From Alphaproteobacteria bacterium (lineage in GTDB: Bacteria; Pseudomonadota; Alphaproteobacteria; CACIAM-22H2), in NCBI GenBank assembly GCA_965279355.1, contig OZ257155.1, positions 1,961,048 to 2,025,047 on the forward strand: a stretch of DNA of 64,000 nt, in the 5' to 3' direction. The position numbers and the translations under genes are program-made. How positions within the stretch are numbered: the stretch's first letter is position 1; each line of letters opens with the position of its first letter. The notes under the pieces were generated by a model. That model made no database searches, had not been told where the DNA came from, and was given only the letters and a program-made list of their open reading frames with translations. This document shows, piece by piece, positions 39,514-48,901 of this stretch.

Positions 39514-41322
39514 ATGATCCGCAGCCTCGATCTCTCCGCCCTTGCCGCCCTCTATGCCGCAAAGTCGGTCACCGCGACCGATGTCGCACGGGAAGTCCTC
39601 GCCCGCGTCAAGGCAGCCGGCGACGATCATGTCTGGATCAGCCGCGTGTCCGACACGGCGCTGTTCGACCGCGCGAATGAACTCAGCCGGCTGGCACCGG
39701 AAGAGCGCGCGAAACTGCCGCTCTTCGGCATTCCGTTCGCGGTGAAGGACAATATCGATGTCGCCGGCCTCCCGACGACCGCCGCCTGCCCCGACTTCGC
39801 TTACAAACCGACACGCAGCGCGACTTGCGTCGAGCGGCTGGAAGCGGCCGGTGCCATGCTGATCGGCAAAACCAATCTCGACCAGTTCGCGACCGGTCTG
39901 GTCGGCGTGCGCTCGCCTTATGGCGTGCCGCGCAATCCCATTGATGCGCGTTACGTACCGGGCGGTTCGAGTTCCGGCTCGGCGGTCGCGGTGTCGTCGG
40001 GTCTTGTCTCGTTTGCGCTCGGGACCGATACGGCGGGATCGGGACGCGTGCCGGCCGGTCTCAACAACATCGTCGGCCTCAAGCCGACGCGCGGGCTGAT
40101 CAGCGCCGCCGGCGTGCTGCCCGCCTGCCGCACCCTGGACTGCGTCTCGGTCTTCGCGCTCACTGCCGACGATGCGCATGCCGTGCTGCAGGCGGCAGGC
40201 GGTCTCGACGAACGCGATTCGTTTTCGCGCGAGGCGAAACCGGGTCCGGTCGCACGGCCGGAAACATTCCGCTTCGCCCTGCCCCGGCCGGATCAGCGCG
40301 CCTTCTTCGGCGACAATGCGGCTAAGGCGGCATTTGAGGCGGATATCGAGCGGCTGATCACCATGGGCGGCACGCCGGTGCTGATCGACTACGCCCCCTT
40401 CCTCGCGACCGCCAAGCTGCTCTACGAAGGCCCGTGGGTGGCCGAGCGCTACACGGTTGTACGCCAGCTCATCGAGAGCAAACCGGAGGCGCTGCACCCG
40501 GTGACGCTGCAGATCATCTCGGGCGGCGCCAGCTATCAGGCCGCCGACGCCTTCGAAAGTTTCTACCGGCTGGAAGAGCTGCGGGCGGAGACGCGGCGCA
40601 TCCTGGCCGGCATCGATATCATGGTCGTGCCGACATCGGGCACCGTCTACACTGTCGCCGAACTCGAAGCGGATCCGATCCGGCTCAACAGCAACCTCGG
40701 CTACTACACGAACTTCGTGAACTTCCTCGACTACAGCGCACTCGCGGTGCCGAGCGGGTTCCGGCCCAATGGCGGCATGCCGCACGGCATCACGCTGATC
40801 GCGCCGGCCTGGTCGGAAGGATTGCTGACCGCATTCGGCGCGGAGTTTCACCAGCAGATCGGCGGCAAGATGGGCGCCACGGGCATCGACCTGCCGCCGC
40901 GGAGCAAGGCCGCCATTGCGGCGCCGGCCAACACCATCGATGTCGTCATCGTCGGGGCGCATCTCACGGGACAGCCGCTCAATCCGCAGCTCACCGATAT
41001 CGGCGCCAGCTTCCGCCGCGTCTGCCGCACCGCGGCGAGCTACAGGCTGTATGCCTTGCCGGGAATGCCGGCGCGTCCGGGCCTTATCAGGGTTCCCGGC
41101 GGCGGCTGCGCCATAGAGGCGGAAATCTGGGCGGTCCCGGCCGACAAACTCGGCGGATTCCTCACCGGCATCGCGGCACCGCTGGGCCTCGGCAAGGTGA
41201 TGCTGGAGGATGGATCGACGGCGACCGGCTTCATCTGCGAGCCGATCGGCATTGCCGATGCGACGGAAATCACGTCCTTCGGTGGCTGGCGGGCCTACCG
41301 CGCGCGCAGCTCGGCGGCCTGA
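39514..41322 (+). CDS. atzF: Allophanate hydrolase (amidase-signature N-domain plus an AtzF/DUR1,2-type C-terminal domain)
   Basis: 602 aa. The AS-family motif GGSSSGSAVAV and the catalytic K/S/S context are present. The length matches two-domain allophanate hydrolases. Confidence 0.75.
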   Translation: MIRSLDLSALAALYAAKSVTATDVAREVLARVKAAGDDHVWISRVSDTALFDRANELSRLAPEERAKLPLFGIPFAVKDNIDVAGLPTTAACPDFAYKPTRSATCVERLEAAGAMLIGKTNLDQFATGLVGVRSPYGVPRNPIDARYVPGGSSSGSAVAVSSGLVSFALGTDTAGSGRVPAGLNNIVGLKPTRGLISAAGVLPACRTLDCVSVFALTADDAHAVLQAAGGLDERDSFSREAKPGPVARPETFRFALPRPDQRAFFGDNAAKAAFEADIERLITMGGTPVLIDYAPFLATAKLLYEGPWVAERYTVVRQLIESKPEALHPVTLQIISGGASYQAADAFESFYRLEELRAETRRILAGIDIMVVPTSGTVYTVAELEADPIRLNSNLGYYTNFVNFLDYSALAVPSGFRPNGGMPHGITLIAPAWSEGLLTAFGAEFHQQIGGKMGATGIDLPPRSKAAIAAPANTIDVVIVGAHLTGQPLNPQLTDIGASFRRVCRTAASYRLYALPGMPARPGLIRVPGGGCAIEAEIWAVPADKLGGFLTGIAAPLGLGKVMLEDGSTATGFICEPIGIADATEITSFGGWRAYRARSSAA

Positions 41323-41452
41323 CGGCGGATCGTTTCGCCGTCCTGCACGCGCGCCGGAACGGCCTGCATCTTCGGCTCATTATCGAAGAACGGCGCCATG
41401 TTCTCACCGAACAGGCTGGTGCCCATGGCTTGCAGAAGGCGGTCGAGCCATC

Positions 41453-42493
41453 TCATGCAGCGGCCTCCGGCAGTTCGGCCTGCGGCAGCGGCGCCAGATC
41501 GCCCTGCTTCACCAGCAGTTCGCGCAGCATGCGCCGCATGATCACGCCGGGGCGATCGGACGCCATGCTCTTCTCGCTCTCCGAGAAATCCTCAAGCGGC
41601 ACGTCGGCTTCGGTGGTTTCAAGGATGATCTTGTCCTCAAGCGTCACCTCGCGATCGAAGGCGATGATATCCGCCGCCGGTGCCTGTTCCTCGGTGTCGT
41701 TGCGATAGCAGAACTGCACCACCATGGACTTGTGATCGTCGATCGGCGTCGCGCAGGTGATGATCGAATGGCGAAGGCCGTTCGGATAGGTGATGCCCAG
41801 CTTGCGAGAAAACGGCATCCACCAAACGTTTTTGCGTGTGCGCGTCGTGATGCCGTTATCCATCTGCAGATTCTTTTTCTGGATATCGGTGTTCTTCACA
41901 TTCGACACGGCGGTGTAGTTGAAGCCGCCGTCGAACGGCATGATCTCGGGCTGCACATGCGTCGGGTCCGACTGGATGCCGAAGGTCTTGCGGTGCACGA
42001 AGGCGGGGTGCGCGATGTCGAAGGAGTTTTCCATCAGGCGCAGGCCCGAACACTCCCACATCTCGTAAAACTGGTCGATCCTGCGGAAGCCGGGCTCGCC
42101 GGCCTCGGTGATGTCGGGGATGCCATAGAGCGGCTCGTCGAGGGCTACCCAGACATAGCCGTAACGTTCCTCGGCCCGGTACGCTGGAATCCGCATGTTC
42201 TTTGGTTGGCGCTCAACGTCCATCTGCGGAATGCGGACGCACAGTCCCGTGCGATCGAAGGTCCAGCCGTGATAGCCGCAGACCACGTTGCCGTTCTCGC
42301 AGAAGCCTTTGCTTAGCCTGGCCGTGCGATGGCAGCAGCGGTCAAGGGTCGCCGCCGGCTTACCGGCCGCGTCGAGCCAAAGGACGATATCGGTTTCCAG
42401 CAGCCGGAACGGCTTCGGCCCGTCCTTCAGGTCCTCGACCTTGATGACGGGGTACCAAAAGCGACGGAAAACCGGATGTTTGGTGACCAGCAT
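41453..42493 (-). CDS. Rieske [2Fe-2S] non-heme-iron oxygenase alpha subunit (VanA/phthalate-family monooxygenase-like)
   Basis: 346 aa with the Rieske motif CCHR-X16-CGYHGW and a C-terminal mononuclear-iron catalytic domain. Confidence 0.8.
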   Translation of the reverse strand: MLVTKHPVFRRFWYPVIKVEDLKDGPKPFRLLETDIVLWLDAAGKPAATLDRCCHRTARLSKGFCENGNVVCGYHGWTFDRTGLCVRIPQMDVERQPKNMRIPAYRAEERYGYVWVALDEPLYGIPDITEAGEPGFRRIDQFYEMWECSGLRLMENSFDIAHPAFVHRKTFGIQSDPTHVQPEIMPFDGGFNYTAVSNVKNTDIQKKNLQMDNGITTRTRKNVWWMPFSRKLGITYPNGLRHSIITCATPIDDHKSMVVQFCYRNDTEEQAPAADIIAFDREVTLEDKIILETTEADVPLEDFSESEKSMASDRPGVIMRRMLRELLVKQGDLAPLPQAELPEAAA

Positions 42494-42628
42494 GCAGAAC
42501 TCCGCTTCCCATGGCGGTGGAACTTCTGCGTCTGCAGTCGCAATCGCTATGCCAACCGGACCGCAACGCGCGGATCAGTTATCCGGCGCATCAAGCCCTT
42601 GGACGAGCATCAAGATTCGAGGCCACGA

Positions 42629-42643
42629 TTGCCGTCAAGGCAA
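42629..42643. promoter_or_regulatory. LysR-type T-N11-A palindrome
   Basis: ttgccgtcaaggcaa is a perfect dyad. It lies about 135 bp upstream of the Rieske oxygenase start and just downstream of the lysR stop. Confidence 0.3.
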
Positions 42644-42658
42644 TGCCAGTGGCGACGC

Positions 42659-43579
42659 CTAGTCCTCGATTTTGGCCAAAGCCCCGGCAAGCGCCTTGCT
42701 GAGTACGGTCGCGGCCGGCGAAAGCGGGCTATCGATCCGGGAACAGAGGATCAGCTTCTGCGGCTTCAGTTGCGGCTCAGCCAGCGGCACGAAGACGAGA
42801 TTGCCCTTTTTCTCCTCGACGGGGATACCGAGCCGGGTCTCAAACGCCACCCCGGTATTCGCGGACGCCAGCAGGTTCATGAGGTAGACCGAGTTTGTCA
42901 CCGCCCGCACCGTCAGCTTGACGGCGCTGTTGCGCATCGCCGCTTCGATCGAAGGGCGCATTGTCATCGACGGGTCGGTCAGAAAGACGGGCTCGCCGAC
43001 GAAATCGCGAAAGCGGACGGACTTGGCCGAAGCAAAGCGATGCTTGGGCGACATCACGGCGCCCAGTCGCAGCCTGGCCGACGCCAGGACCTGCAATTTT
43101 GGTGTGATCGGCATGTCGAAGGCCAGTACGAGGTCGGCTTCGCCGTTGACCACGGCATGAAAGGCCTGGGTCGACCCGGAGACCAGCACATTGGTCGAGA
43201 TGCGCGGCGACTTGGCCCAGAAATCGGTAAGCAGGCGCGGCAGGAACCCGGCGGCCACGCTCTCGACCGTGGCCAGCGCAACCTCACCGCGATGCAGGCC
43301 GCGCAGATCCTGAATGGCGGCCCGACCGCGTTCGAACTCGCTGGCGCTGGCGCGCGCATGCTGGGTCAGAATCTCGCCGGCGCTGGTGAGCTGCAGGCCG
43401 CGCGGCAACCGCTCGAAGAGCGGCGCGCCCAGTTCATGCTCGAGCTTGGCGATCTGCCGGCTGACCGCCGACGGCGCGACGTTTAGGGAATCCGCAGCCG
43501 CCCGGATCGAGCCCAGCCGTGCAACGGTCTGAAAATAAGTGATCGCGGTCGACAGCAGGCGCTGGGGACGAATGGACAT
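42659..43579 (-). CDS. LysR-family transcriptional regulator
   Basis: About 306 aa with an N-terminal HTH (TYFQTVARLGSIRAAADSLNVAPSAVSRQIAKLE) and a LysR substrate-binding domain. Confidence 0.85.
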   Translation of the reverse strand: MSIRPQRLLSTAITYFQTVARLGSIRAAADSLNVAPSAVSRQIAKLEHELGAPLFERLPRGLQLTSAGEILTQHARASASEFERGRAAIQDLRGLHRGEVALATVESVAAGFLPRLLTDFWAKSPRISTNVLVSGSTQAFHAVVNGEADLVLAFDMPITPKLQVLASARLRLGAVMSPKHRFASAKSVRFRDFVGEPVFLTDPSMTMRPSIEAAMRNSAVKLTVRAVTNSVYLMNLLASANTGVAFETRLGIPVEEKKGNLVFVPLAEPQLKPQKLILCSRIDSPLSPAATVLSKALAGALAKIED

Positions 43580-43691
43580 GCAAAAAGGCTCCGGACGGAC
43601 GATGCACAATCAGTATGCATCGTTCCGCCCGGTCCGGAAACTTGTAATGACCGACTGGCCCTCAACGGGCCGGATTATTTAGCGTGACCCG

Positions 43692-44702
43692 CTAGTTGGT
43701 AGCGCGCATCCCGAAGCCCTTGTTCACGAACTGCAGCGAATAGCCCTTCTTGTAATCCATGGTGGGCGGATTCAGGCCGGCGGCCACGGTCATATCGAAG
43801 AACGCCTTCCAGCGCTCGTCGCTCATGGCGCCGATTCCAAGCTTCGCCGCGTCGCCACCGGCCACAAGGCCGCGGTCTTTCATGATCGCGATGCCGTTCG
43901 TGATGACGGCCTGCGACATTTCCGGATTGGCCTCCATGATCAGCTTGTTGCCTGGCGCCGGGTCGCCGTACAGGTAGCTGTAGCAGCCTTCGATCGTGGC
44001 GTTCACGAATCGCTGCACCATTTCCGGCTTCTGTTCGACCAGCGCCTTCGATGTCTCGATCGTGTAGGCGTAGTCGTCATAGCCATAGTCGGCGAGCAGG
44101 AAGATATTGGTGTCGTAGCCCTGCAGCTTGAGCTGATAGGGCTCATTGGTGATGAAGCCCTGCTGTCCGGTCATCTTGTCGTTCAGGAAGCCCGCGAAAT
44201 TGTAGGTGTGCGGCTTGATCTGCTCGTCGGTGAAGCCCCATTTGACCTTGGCGAAATTCCACCACGTCGCCCTCGAGCTGGTCGACAGGAAAATCGGCTT
44301 ACCCTTGAGCGATTCCACCGTGTCCAGGCCGACACCCTTATGGGTCATGATGACCTGCGGGTTCTTCTGGAACACCGTGGCGATCACCACCATCGGAATG
44401 TTCTGGCTCACGTAGTTGAACGCATTGAACGAGTTCGAGCCCATCCCGAACTCGACCTTGCCGGCCATCAGGATCGACGGCGCGGCGATCTGCGGACCGC
44501 CCGGCTGGACCGTCACATCGAGGTTGTGCTTGGCATAGATGCCGGCACCCACCGCCTGGTAGTAGCAGCCATGCTCGGCCTGCGGTCGCCAGCTCAGCTG
44601 GAATTTGATCGCGTCCTTCGCTCCGGCGCTTTCGCCAAACCCGGGAAGCGCCGCAACAACAACCGCCGCGCCAAGAAGCCATCTACGATATGTCTGGATC
44701 AT
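43692..44702 (-). CDS. ABC transporter substrate-binding protein, NMT1/THI5-like (paralog group with 47005 and 50146)
   Basis: It shares the conserved blocks WRPQAEHG.YYQAVGAGIY and a ..DYKKGYSLQFVNK C-terminus with the other two. There is no adjacent permease. Confidence 0.75.
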   Translation of the reverse strand: MIQTYRRWLLGAAVVVAALPGFGESAGAKDAIKFQLSWRPQAEHGCYYQAVGAGIYAKHNLDVTVQPGGPQIAAPSILMAGKVEFGMGSNSFNAFNYVSQNIPMVVIATVFQKNPQVIMTHKGVGLDTVESLKGKPIFLSTSSRATWWNFAKVKWGFTDEQIKPHTYNFAGFLNDKMTGQQGFITNEPYQLKLQGYDTNIFLLADYGYDDYAYTIETSKALVEQKPEMVQRFVNATIEGCYSYLYGDPAPGNKLIMEANPEMSQAVITNGIAIMKDRGLVAGGDAAKLGIGAMSDERWKAFFDMTVAAGLNPPTMDYKKGYSLQFVNKGFGMRATN

Positions 44703-44743
44703 CAACCTCTCCTTCAAATGCCGGCGCGGGGGCGTCGGCAGGG

Positions 44744-45802
44744 CTATTCCGCAGCCTGCACGCTGCCCTGAAATGAGGGCGCAACGACGGATGTGATATC
44801 CGTCTCGCCATGCTGGCGCAGCAACTCAAGCATGCGGCGGCGCATGACAAGGCCGGGCTTGTCGGACGGCATATGGAACTCAGTGCCGCTGCGGATATCG
44901 AGCGACACATCGGGTTCCGTCGATTCCAAGATCGGGCGGTCCTCGTCCGTGACCCTGCGGTCGAATTCGATGATGTCGGCCGCCTTTGCCTGTTCCTCGG
45001 TGTCGTTGCGGAACACGAACTGAACGATCTGCGACGACGTGTCATCGATCGGCGTCGCACTGGTCACGATCGAATGTTTTGTGCCGCTCGGATAGGTGAT
45101 CCCGAGCTTGCGGGTGAACGGCATGAACCACTTAGACTGGGTGATACGCACGGTGCGTGCGCCCGTCGTGCCGGTGATGGACGTGGCGAGATCGCTGCGG
45201 TTCATCACCGGAATCTCGGATTTGAACTCGAATCCGTAGTCGGTCTCATTGATATCGTACGTCGCCGGTAGCGGCTCCTGCACGTTGCCGAAAGTTTCCC
45301 GGTGCACATAGGCGACATGCGCGTTATCGAACGAGTTCTCCATTAGCCGCAGACCGGCGCAGTTCCAGACTTCATAGAACTGGTCGATCTGGCGAAAGCC
45401 GGGCGCGTCGGCCTCCTCGAAATGCGGGATGTCGGCCAGAGGTTCGCCGAGGCATACCCAGACATGGCCGTACTTCACCGACGCCTTATAGCTCGGGATG
45501 GAATAGTTGACCTTGCGGGTCTGGTTGCGCTGCTGCGGGATCTTCACGACCGCGCCGGTGCCGTCGAACGTCCAGCCGTGATAGCCGCAAACCAGTTGGC
45601 CATTTTCGAGAAAGCCGCGCGACAGTTTGGCCGAGCGGTGGCAGCAGCGATCTTCGACCGCGCTGGGCTGTCCGGCCGCATCCAGCCAGACCACAATGTC
45701 CTGGCCCAGCAGACGAAACGGCTTCGGCCCGTCAGCGAGATGCCCCACGGGTATTACGGGATACCAGAAACGTTTCAGAACATTCTGCTTGGTGACCAGC
45801 AC
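44744..45802 (-). CDS. Rieske non-heme-iron oxygenase alpha subunit (paralog of 41453..42493)
   Basis: 352 aa with Rieske motif CCHR-X16-CGYHGW. Long identical stretches are shared with the first copy (FWYPVI, PFTRKLGITYP, VQFVFRNDTEEQA). Confidence 0.8.
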   Translation of the reverse strand: MLVTKQNVLKRFWYPVIPVGHLADGPKPFRLLGQDIVVWLDAAGQPSAVEDRCCHRSAKLSRGFLENGQLVCGYHGWTFDGTGAVVKIPQQRNQTRKVNYSIPSYKASVKYGHVWVCLGEPLADIPHFEEADAPGFRQIDQFYEVWNCAGLRLMENSFDNAHVAYVHRETFGNVQEPLPATYDINETDYGFEFKSEIPVMNRSDLATSITGTTGARTVRITQSKWFMPFTRKLGITYPSGTKHSIVTSATPIDDTSSQIVQFVFRNDTEEQAKAADIIEFDRRVTDEDRPILESTEPDVSLDIRSGTEFHMPSDKPGLVMRRRMLELLRQHGETDITSVVAPSFQGSVQAAE

Positions 45803-45850
45803 GGCTTTTCTCCCAATCTCTTCAGTCCGAAATCTGCAAATTCCAAGCCA

Positions 45851-46849
45851 TCAGGTGGCCCCTTCGAGGGCCAGCTTCTTGGGCATGGAGGCGTTCAGCT
45901 TTTCCTGGGTGTGGACGGATGCGCGCACCGGCGGATATTTCACCGGACGGCTCGCATCGGTACAGGTCGGCAGGCAGGATATGATCGCGTCCTCGTTGGG
46001 ACCGGAGAACAGAACCAGTGACAGGCGCTTGGTCGAGCCTGTGAGGTGGCGCGGGGGATTGATGACTCGGTGCAGGGTCGAAACCCAGCGATCGTTGGTC
46101 CAGCGCGCCATCAGGTCGCCGACATTGATCACGAACGACCTGGCGACCGGCATCACATCGAGCCATTCGCCTGTCTTGGTAAAAACCTGCAAGCCCCCGG
46201 GGGCGTCGTCCTGGCGCAGAATGGTGAGGCCGCCATAGTCGGAATGTGCGCCGTAACGAAGCTGGCCGGGTTTCGGTTCATCCGGCTGATCGGGATAAGC
46301 GACGGCCCGCAAGGTGCCACGCTGCCGATCCATGAAGGGCAGGAAATAATCCTCGGTCAGGTCGAGCGCCAGCGCCGAAAGCCGCATCAGCGTGACCGAT
46401 AAAGACTTTACCGCCATATAGTATTCACGCACGGCATTAGTGAGTTGCGGCGGTGTATCCGGATAGACGTTTCCCGTGATCGAGCTGACTTTGCCCCGGA
46501 GCTCGCCGGGCTCTTCGCGATCGATGCCAGCGAATACCAGCGCCTCGCAGAGGTCGGGTGGACGATCGTCACCGCGGGTGCGCGCAACGCTTTCTATTCC
46601 CACTGGGAGATAGCCCTTGGTTTTGACGCGGTCGGTAACGGACCACCGCATCTTCTCTTCCAGCGGAAGATCGAAAAAACGGCTCAGCACATTGTAAGCG
46701 CCGGTGGCCGTCGGCTCGGGAACGCCGTGGCCTACAATCGTCGCAAAGCCGACCTCCTCGAATGCCCGCCCCCATTCCCTCGCCACAGCCCTCCGCTGCT
46801 CGATGTTGCCCTGGAGGAATGGCTGAATATCAATTCGCGGAACACTCAT
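45851..46849 (-). CDS. 2-oxoglutarate/Fe(II)-dependent dioxygenase (isopenicillin-N-synthase-like)
   Basis: 332 aa with the HxD...H facial triad context (GAHSDYGGLTIL ... STLHRV). Confidence 0.75.
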   Translation of the reverse strand: MSVPRIDIQPFLQGNIEQRRAVAREWGRAFEEVGFATIVGHGVPEPTATGAYNVLSRFFDLPLEEKMRWSVTDRVKTKGYLPVGIESVARTRGDDRPPDLCEALVFAGIDREEPGELRGKVSSITGNVYPDTPPQLTNAVREYYMAVKSLSVTLMRLSALALDLTEDYFLPFMDRQRGTLRAVAYPDQPDEPKPGQLRYGAHSDYGGLTILRQDDAPGGLQVFTKTGEWLDVMPVARSFVINVGDLMARWTNDRWVSTLHRVINPPRHLTGSTKRLSLVLFSGPNEDAIISCLPTCTDASRPVKYPPVRASVHTQEKLNASMPKKLALEGAT

Positions 46850-47004
46850 GCTTCGACTCCAACACGCGCCCTAATCGGGGCGCCCTGCCCATCAATGCGC
46901 CAGTCCCGCGTTAACGCCAGACTGATAGGCCTGATTTGCGCACCAATGGCCCGGTCCTTGCTTCGTAACGGAGCAAGGCTCGTACCAATGACGGGAGACA
47001 TCCG

Positions 47005-48003
47005 ATGAACCGGCGCACCACTTTTTCGCAATGCCTCACAGCTGCCGGCGTCCTATTTGGGGCCGTGGTGAGCGCGCCGTCCCTTGCGGCGGATAAATTC
47101 GTTTACGGCCTGAGCTGGCATCCGCAGATGGAGCATTGCGGCTGGTTTCAGGCGAAGGCGACGGGCCTGTATGAAAAGGCCGGACTGGAAGTCGAGCTAT
47201 ATCCCGGTGGACCTGGCGTCAACATGGCGCAGCTTGTCGCAGCCGGAAAGGTCGACGCCGGAATGGGTACCGCGCTTACGTCCCTCAACATGCGCAACAG
47301 CGGCATCCCCGGCGTCACCGTCGCGGCAATGCTGCAAAAGACACCGCAAACGCTGGTCGCGCATGCCGACCCGACGCTCAAGACACTCGAAGACCTGAAA
47401 ACCCGCAAGATCTCGGTCGCGAACTTTTCGCGCCAGCAGTTCTGGCTCTTCCTCAAGTCGAAATATGGGTTCGACGATACCCAACTGCGTCCCTACACCT
47501 ACAATCCGTCGATGTTCGTTGCCGACAAGGCAATGGTGCAGCAGGGCTACATCACCGAAGACGAGTTCTTTCTCGGCAAGGCACTGGGTTCTGAAATAAA
47601 GACATTCCTGATGGCCGATTACGGCTGGCCCGACTACGCCAGCACAATCTTTACGACAGAGGCCGTGACCCAGGGCCGACGCGGGGTTCTTCAGAAATTC
47701 GTCGATGCGACCATTACCGGCTGGGCGCAGTGCATCAACGGCAATGCGAGGCCGGCGATGGAAGCGATTCGCGCAGCGGCATCCGAGCAATCGTTTGAGC
47801 TTTCGGAATTCAAGCTGTCGCAGATGAAGAAATACGCACTCATCACCGGCGGCGATGCCGCCATGTCCGGCATTGGCGCTATGTCCGAAGCCCGCTGGAA
47901 ATCCATCTTCGACATGATGGCCGAAGGCGGCGTCTATCCCAAAGACCTCGACTACAAAAAAGCCTACACCCTCGACTTCGTGAACAAAAAAGTCGGGATG
48001 TAA
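47005..48003 (+). CDS. ABC transporter substrate-binding protein, NMT1/THI5-like
   Basis: 332 aa with a signal peptide. It is a paralog of 43692 and 50146 and has no adjacent permease. Confidence 0.75.
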   Translation: MNRRTTFSQCLTAAGVLFGAVVSAPSLAADKFVYGLSWHPQMEHCGWFQAKATGLYEKAGLEVELYPGGPGVNMAQLVAAGKVDAGMGTALTSLNMRNSGIPGVTVAAMLQKTPQTLVAHADPTLKTLEDLKTRKISVANFSRQQFWLFLKSKYGFDDTQLRPYTYNPSMFVADKAMVQQGYITEDEFFLGKALGSEIKTFLMADYGWPDYASTIFTTEAVTQGRRGVLQKFVDATITGWAQCINGNARPAMEAIRAAASEQSFELSEFKLSQMKKYALITGGDAAMSGIGAMSEARWKSIFDMMAEGGVYPKDLDYKKAYTLDFVNKKVGM

Positions 48004-48876
48004 GTGCACGCCCATCCAACCGGAGTACTTGCCGTGAAACTGCGCCGCCTGTGGCAGGAAATGACGACCGAGGAATTTCGCGCGCTCGATGCCGAGCGGG
48101 TGATCGCGATCCTGCCGGTCGCCGCGATCGAACAGCACGGCCCGCACCTGCCGGTCGAGGTCGATACCAGAATCAACGCCGGAATCCTGTCCCGCGCGGT
48201 GGAACTGATGCCGGCGGAACTGCCGGTCACGATCCTGCCCGCGATGACGGTCGGGAAAAGCAGCGAGCACACGGCGTTTCCCGGTACCCTGACCCTGACG
48301 GCCGAGACGACGATCCGGCTTTGGACCGAGATCGGCGAATCCGTGGCGCGTGCCGGTATCAAGAAGATGGTCATCTTCAACAGCCATGGCGGGCAGCCGC
48401 AGATCGCCGACATCGTCGCGCGCGACCTACGGGTGCGGCTCGGAATGTTCGTGGTGACCGTCAGCTCCTACAGCCTCGGCCGGCCGGAGGGCATGTTCCC
48501 GGAGCATGAACTCAAGCACGGCATTCATGGCGGCACCGTCGAAACGTCGCTGATGCTGCGGCTGCGCCCCGACCTGGTGCAGATGGACAAGGCCAAGAAT
48601 TTCGAATCGCTCTCCGCCCGCATGGAGACCGAATACGAGATGCTGACGCCGGAAGGCAAAGTCGGCTTCGGCTGGCAGACCCAGGATCTGAACCCGGATG
48701 GCGCCTGCGGTGACGCGTCAGCGGCGGATGCCGGCCGCGGATCGATCCTGCTGGATCACTGCGCGCAACGGTTAGTGTCGCTGCTCTGGGAGATCGACCG
48801 TTTCCCACTCTCCGCCATCGGTGTCAAATCCGAGCCGACACGCCGCGGGCCCATTCGCATCGTGACCAGCAACTGA
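48004..48876 (+). CDS. Creatininase-family amidohydrolase
   Basis: The creatinine amidohydrolase motif AIEQHGPHLP and binuclear-metal ligands are present. The start is uncertain (GTG 48004, GTG 48034 or ATG 48061). Confidence 0.7.
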   Translation: MHAHPTGVLAVKLRRLWQEMTTEEFRALDAERVIAILPVAAIEQHGPHLPVEVDTRINAGILSRAVELMPAELPVTILPAMTVGKSSEHTAFPGTLTLTAETTIRLWTEIGESVARAGIKKMVIFNSHGGQPQIADIVARDLRVRLGMFVVTVSSYSLGRPEGMFPEHELKHGIHGGTVETSLMLRLRPDLVQMDKAKNFESLSARMETEYEMLTPEGKVGFGWQTQDLNPDGACGDASAADAGRGSILLDHCAQRLVSLLWEIDRFPLSAIGVKSEPTRRGPIRIVTSN

Positions 48877-48901
48877 TCGCGAGACGCACGGAGATCATCC
48901 G

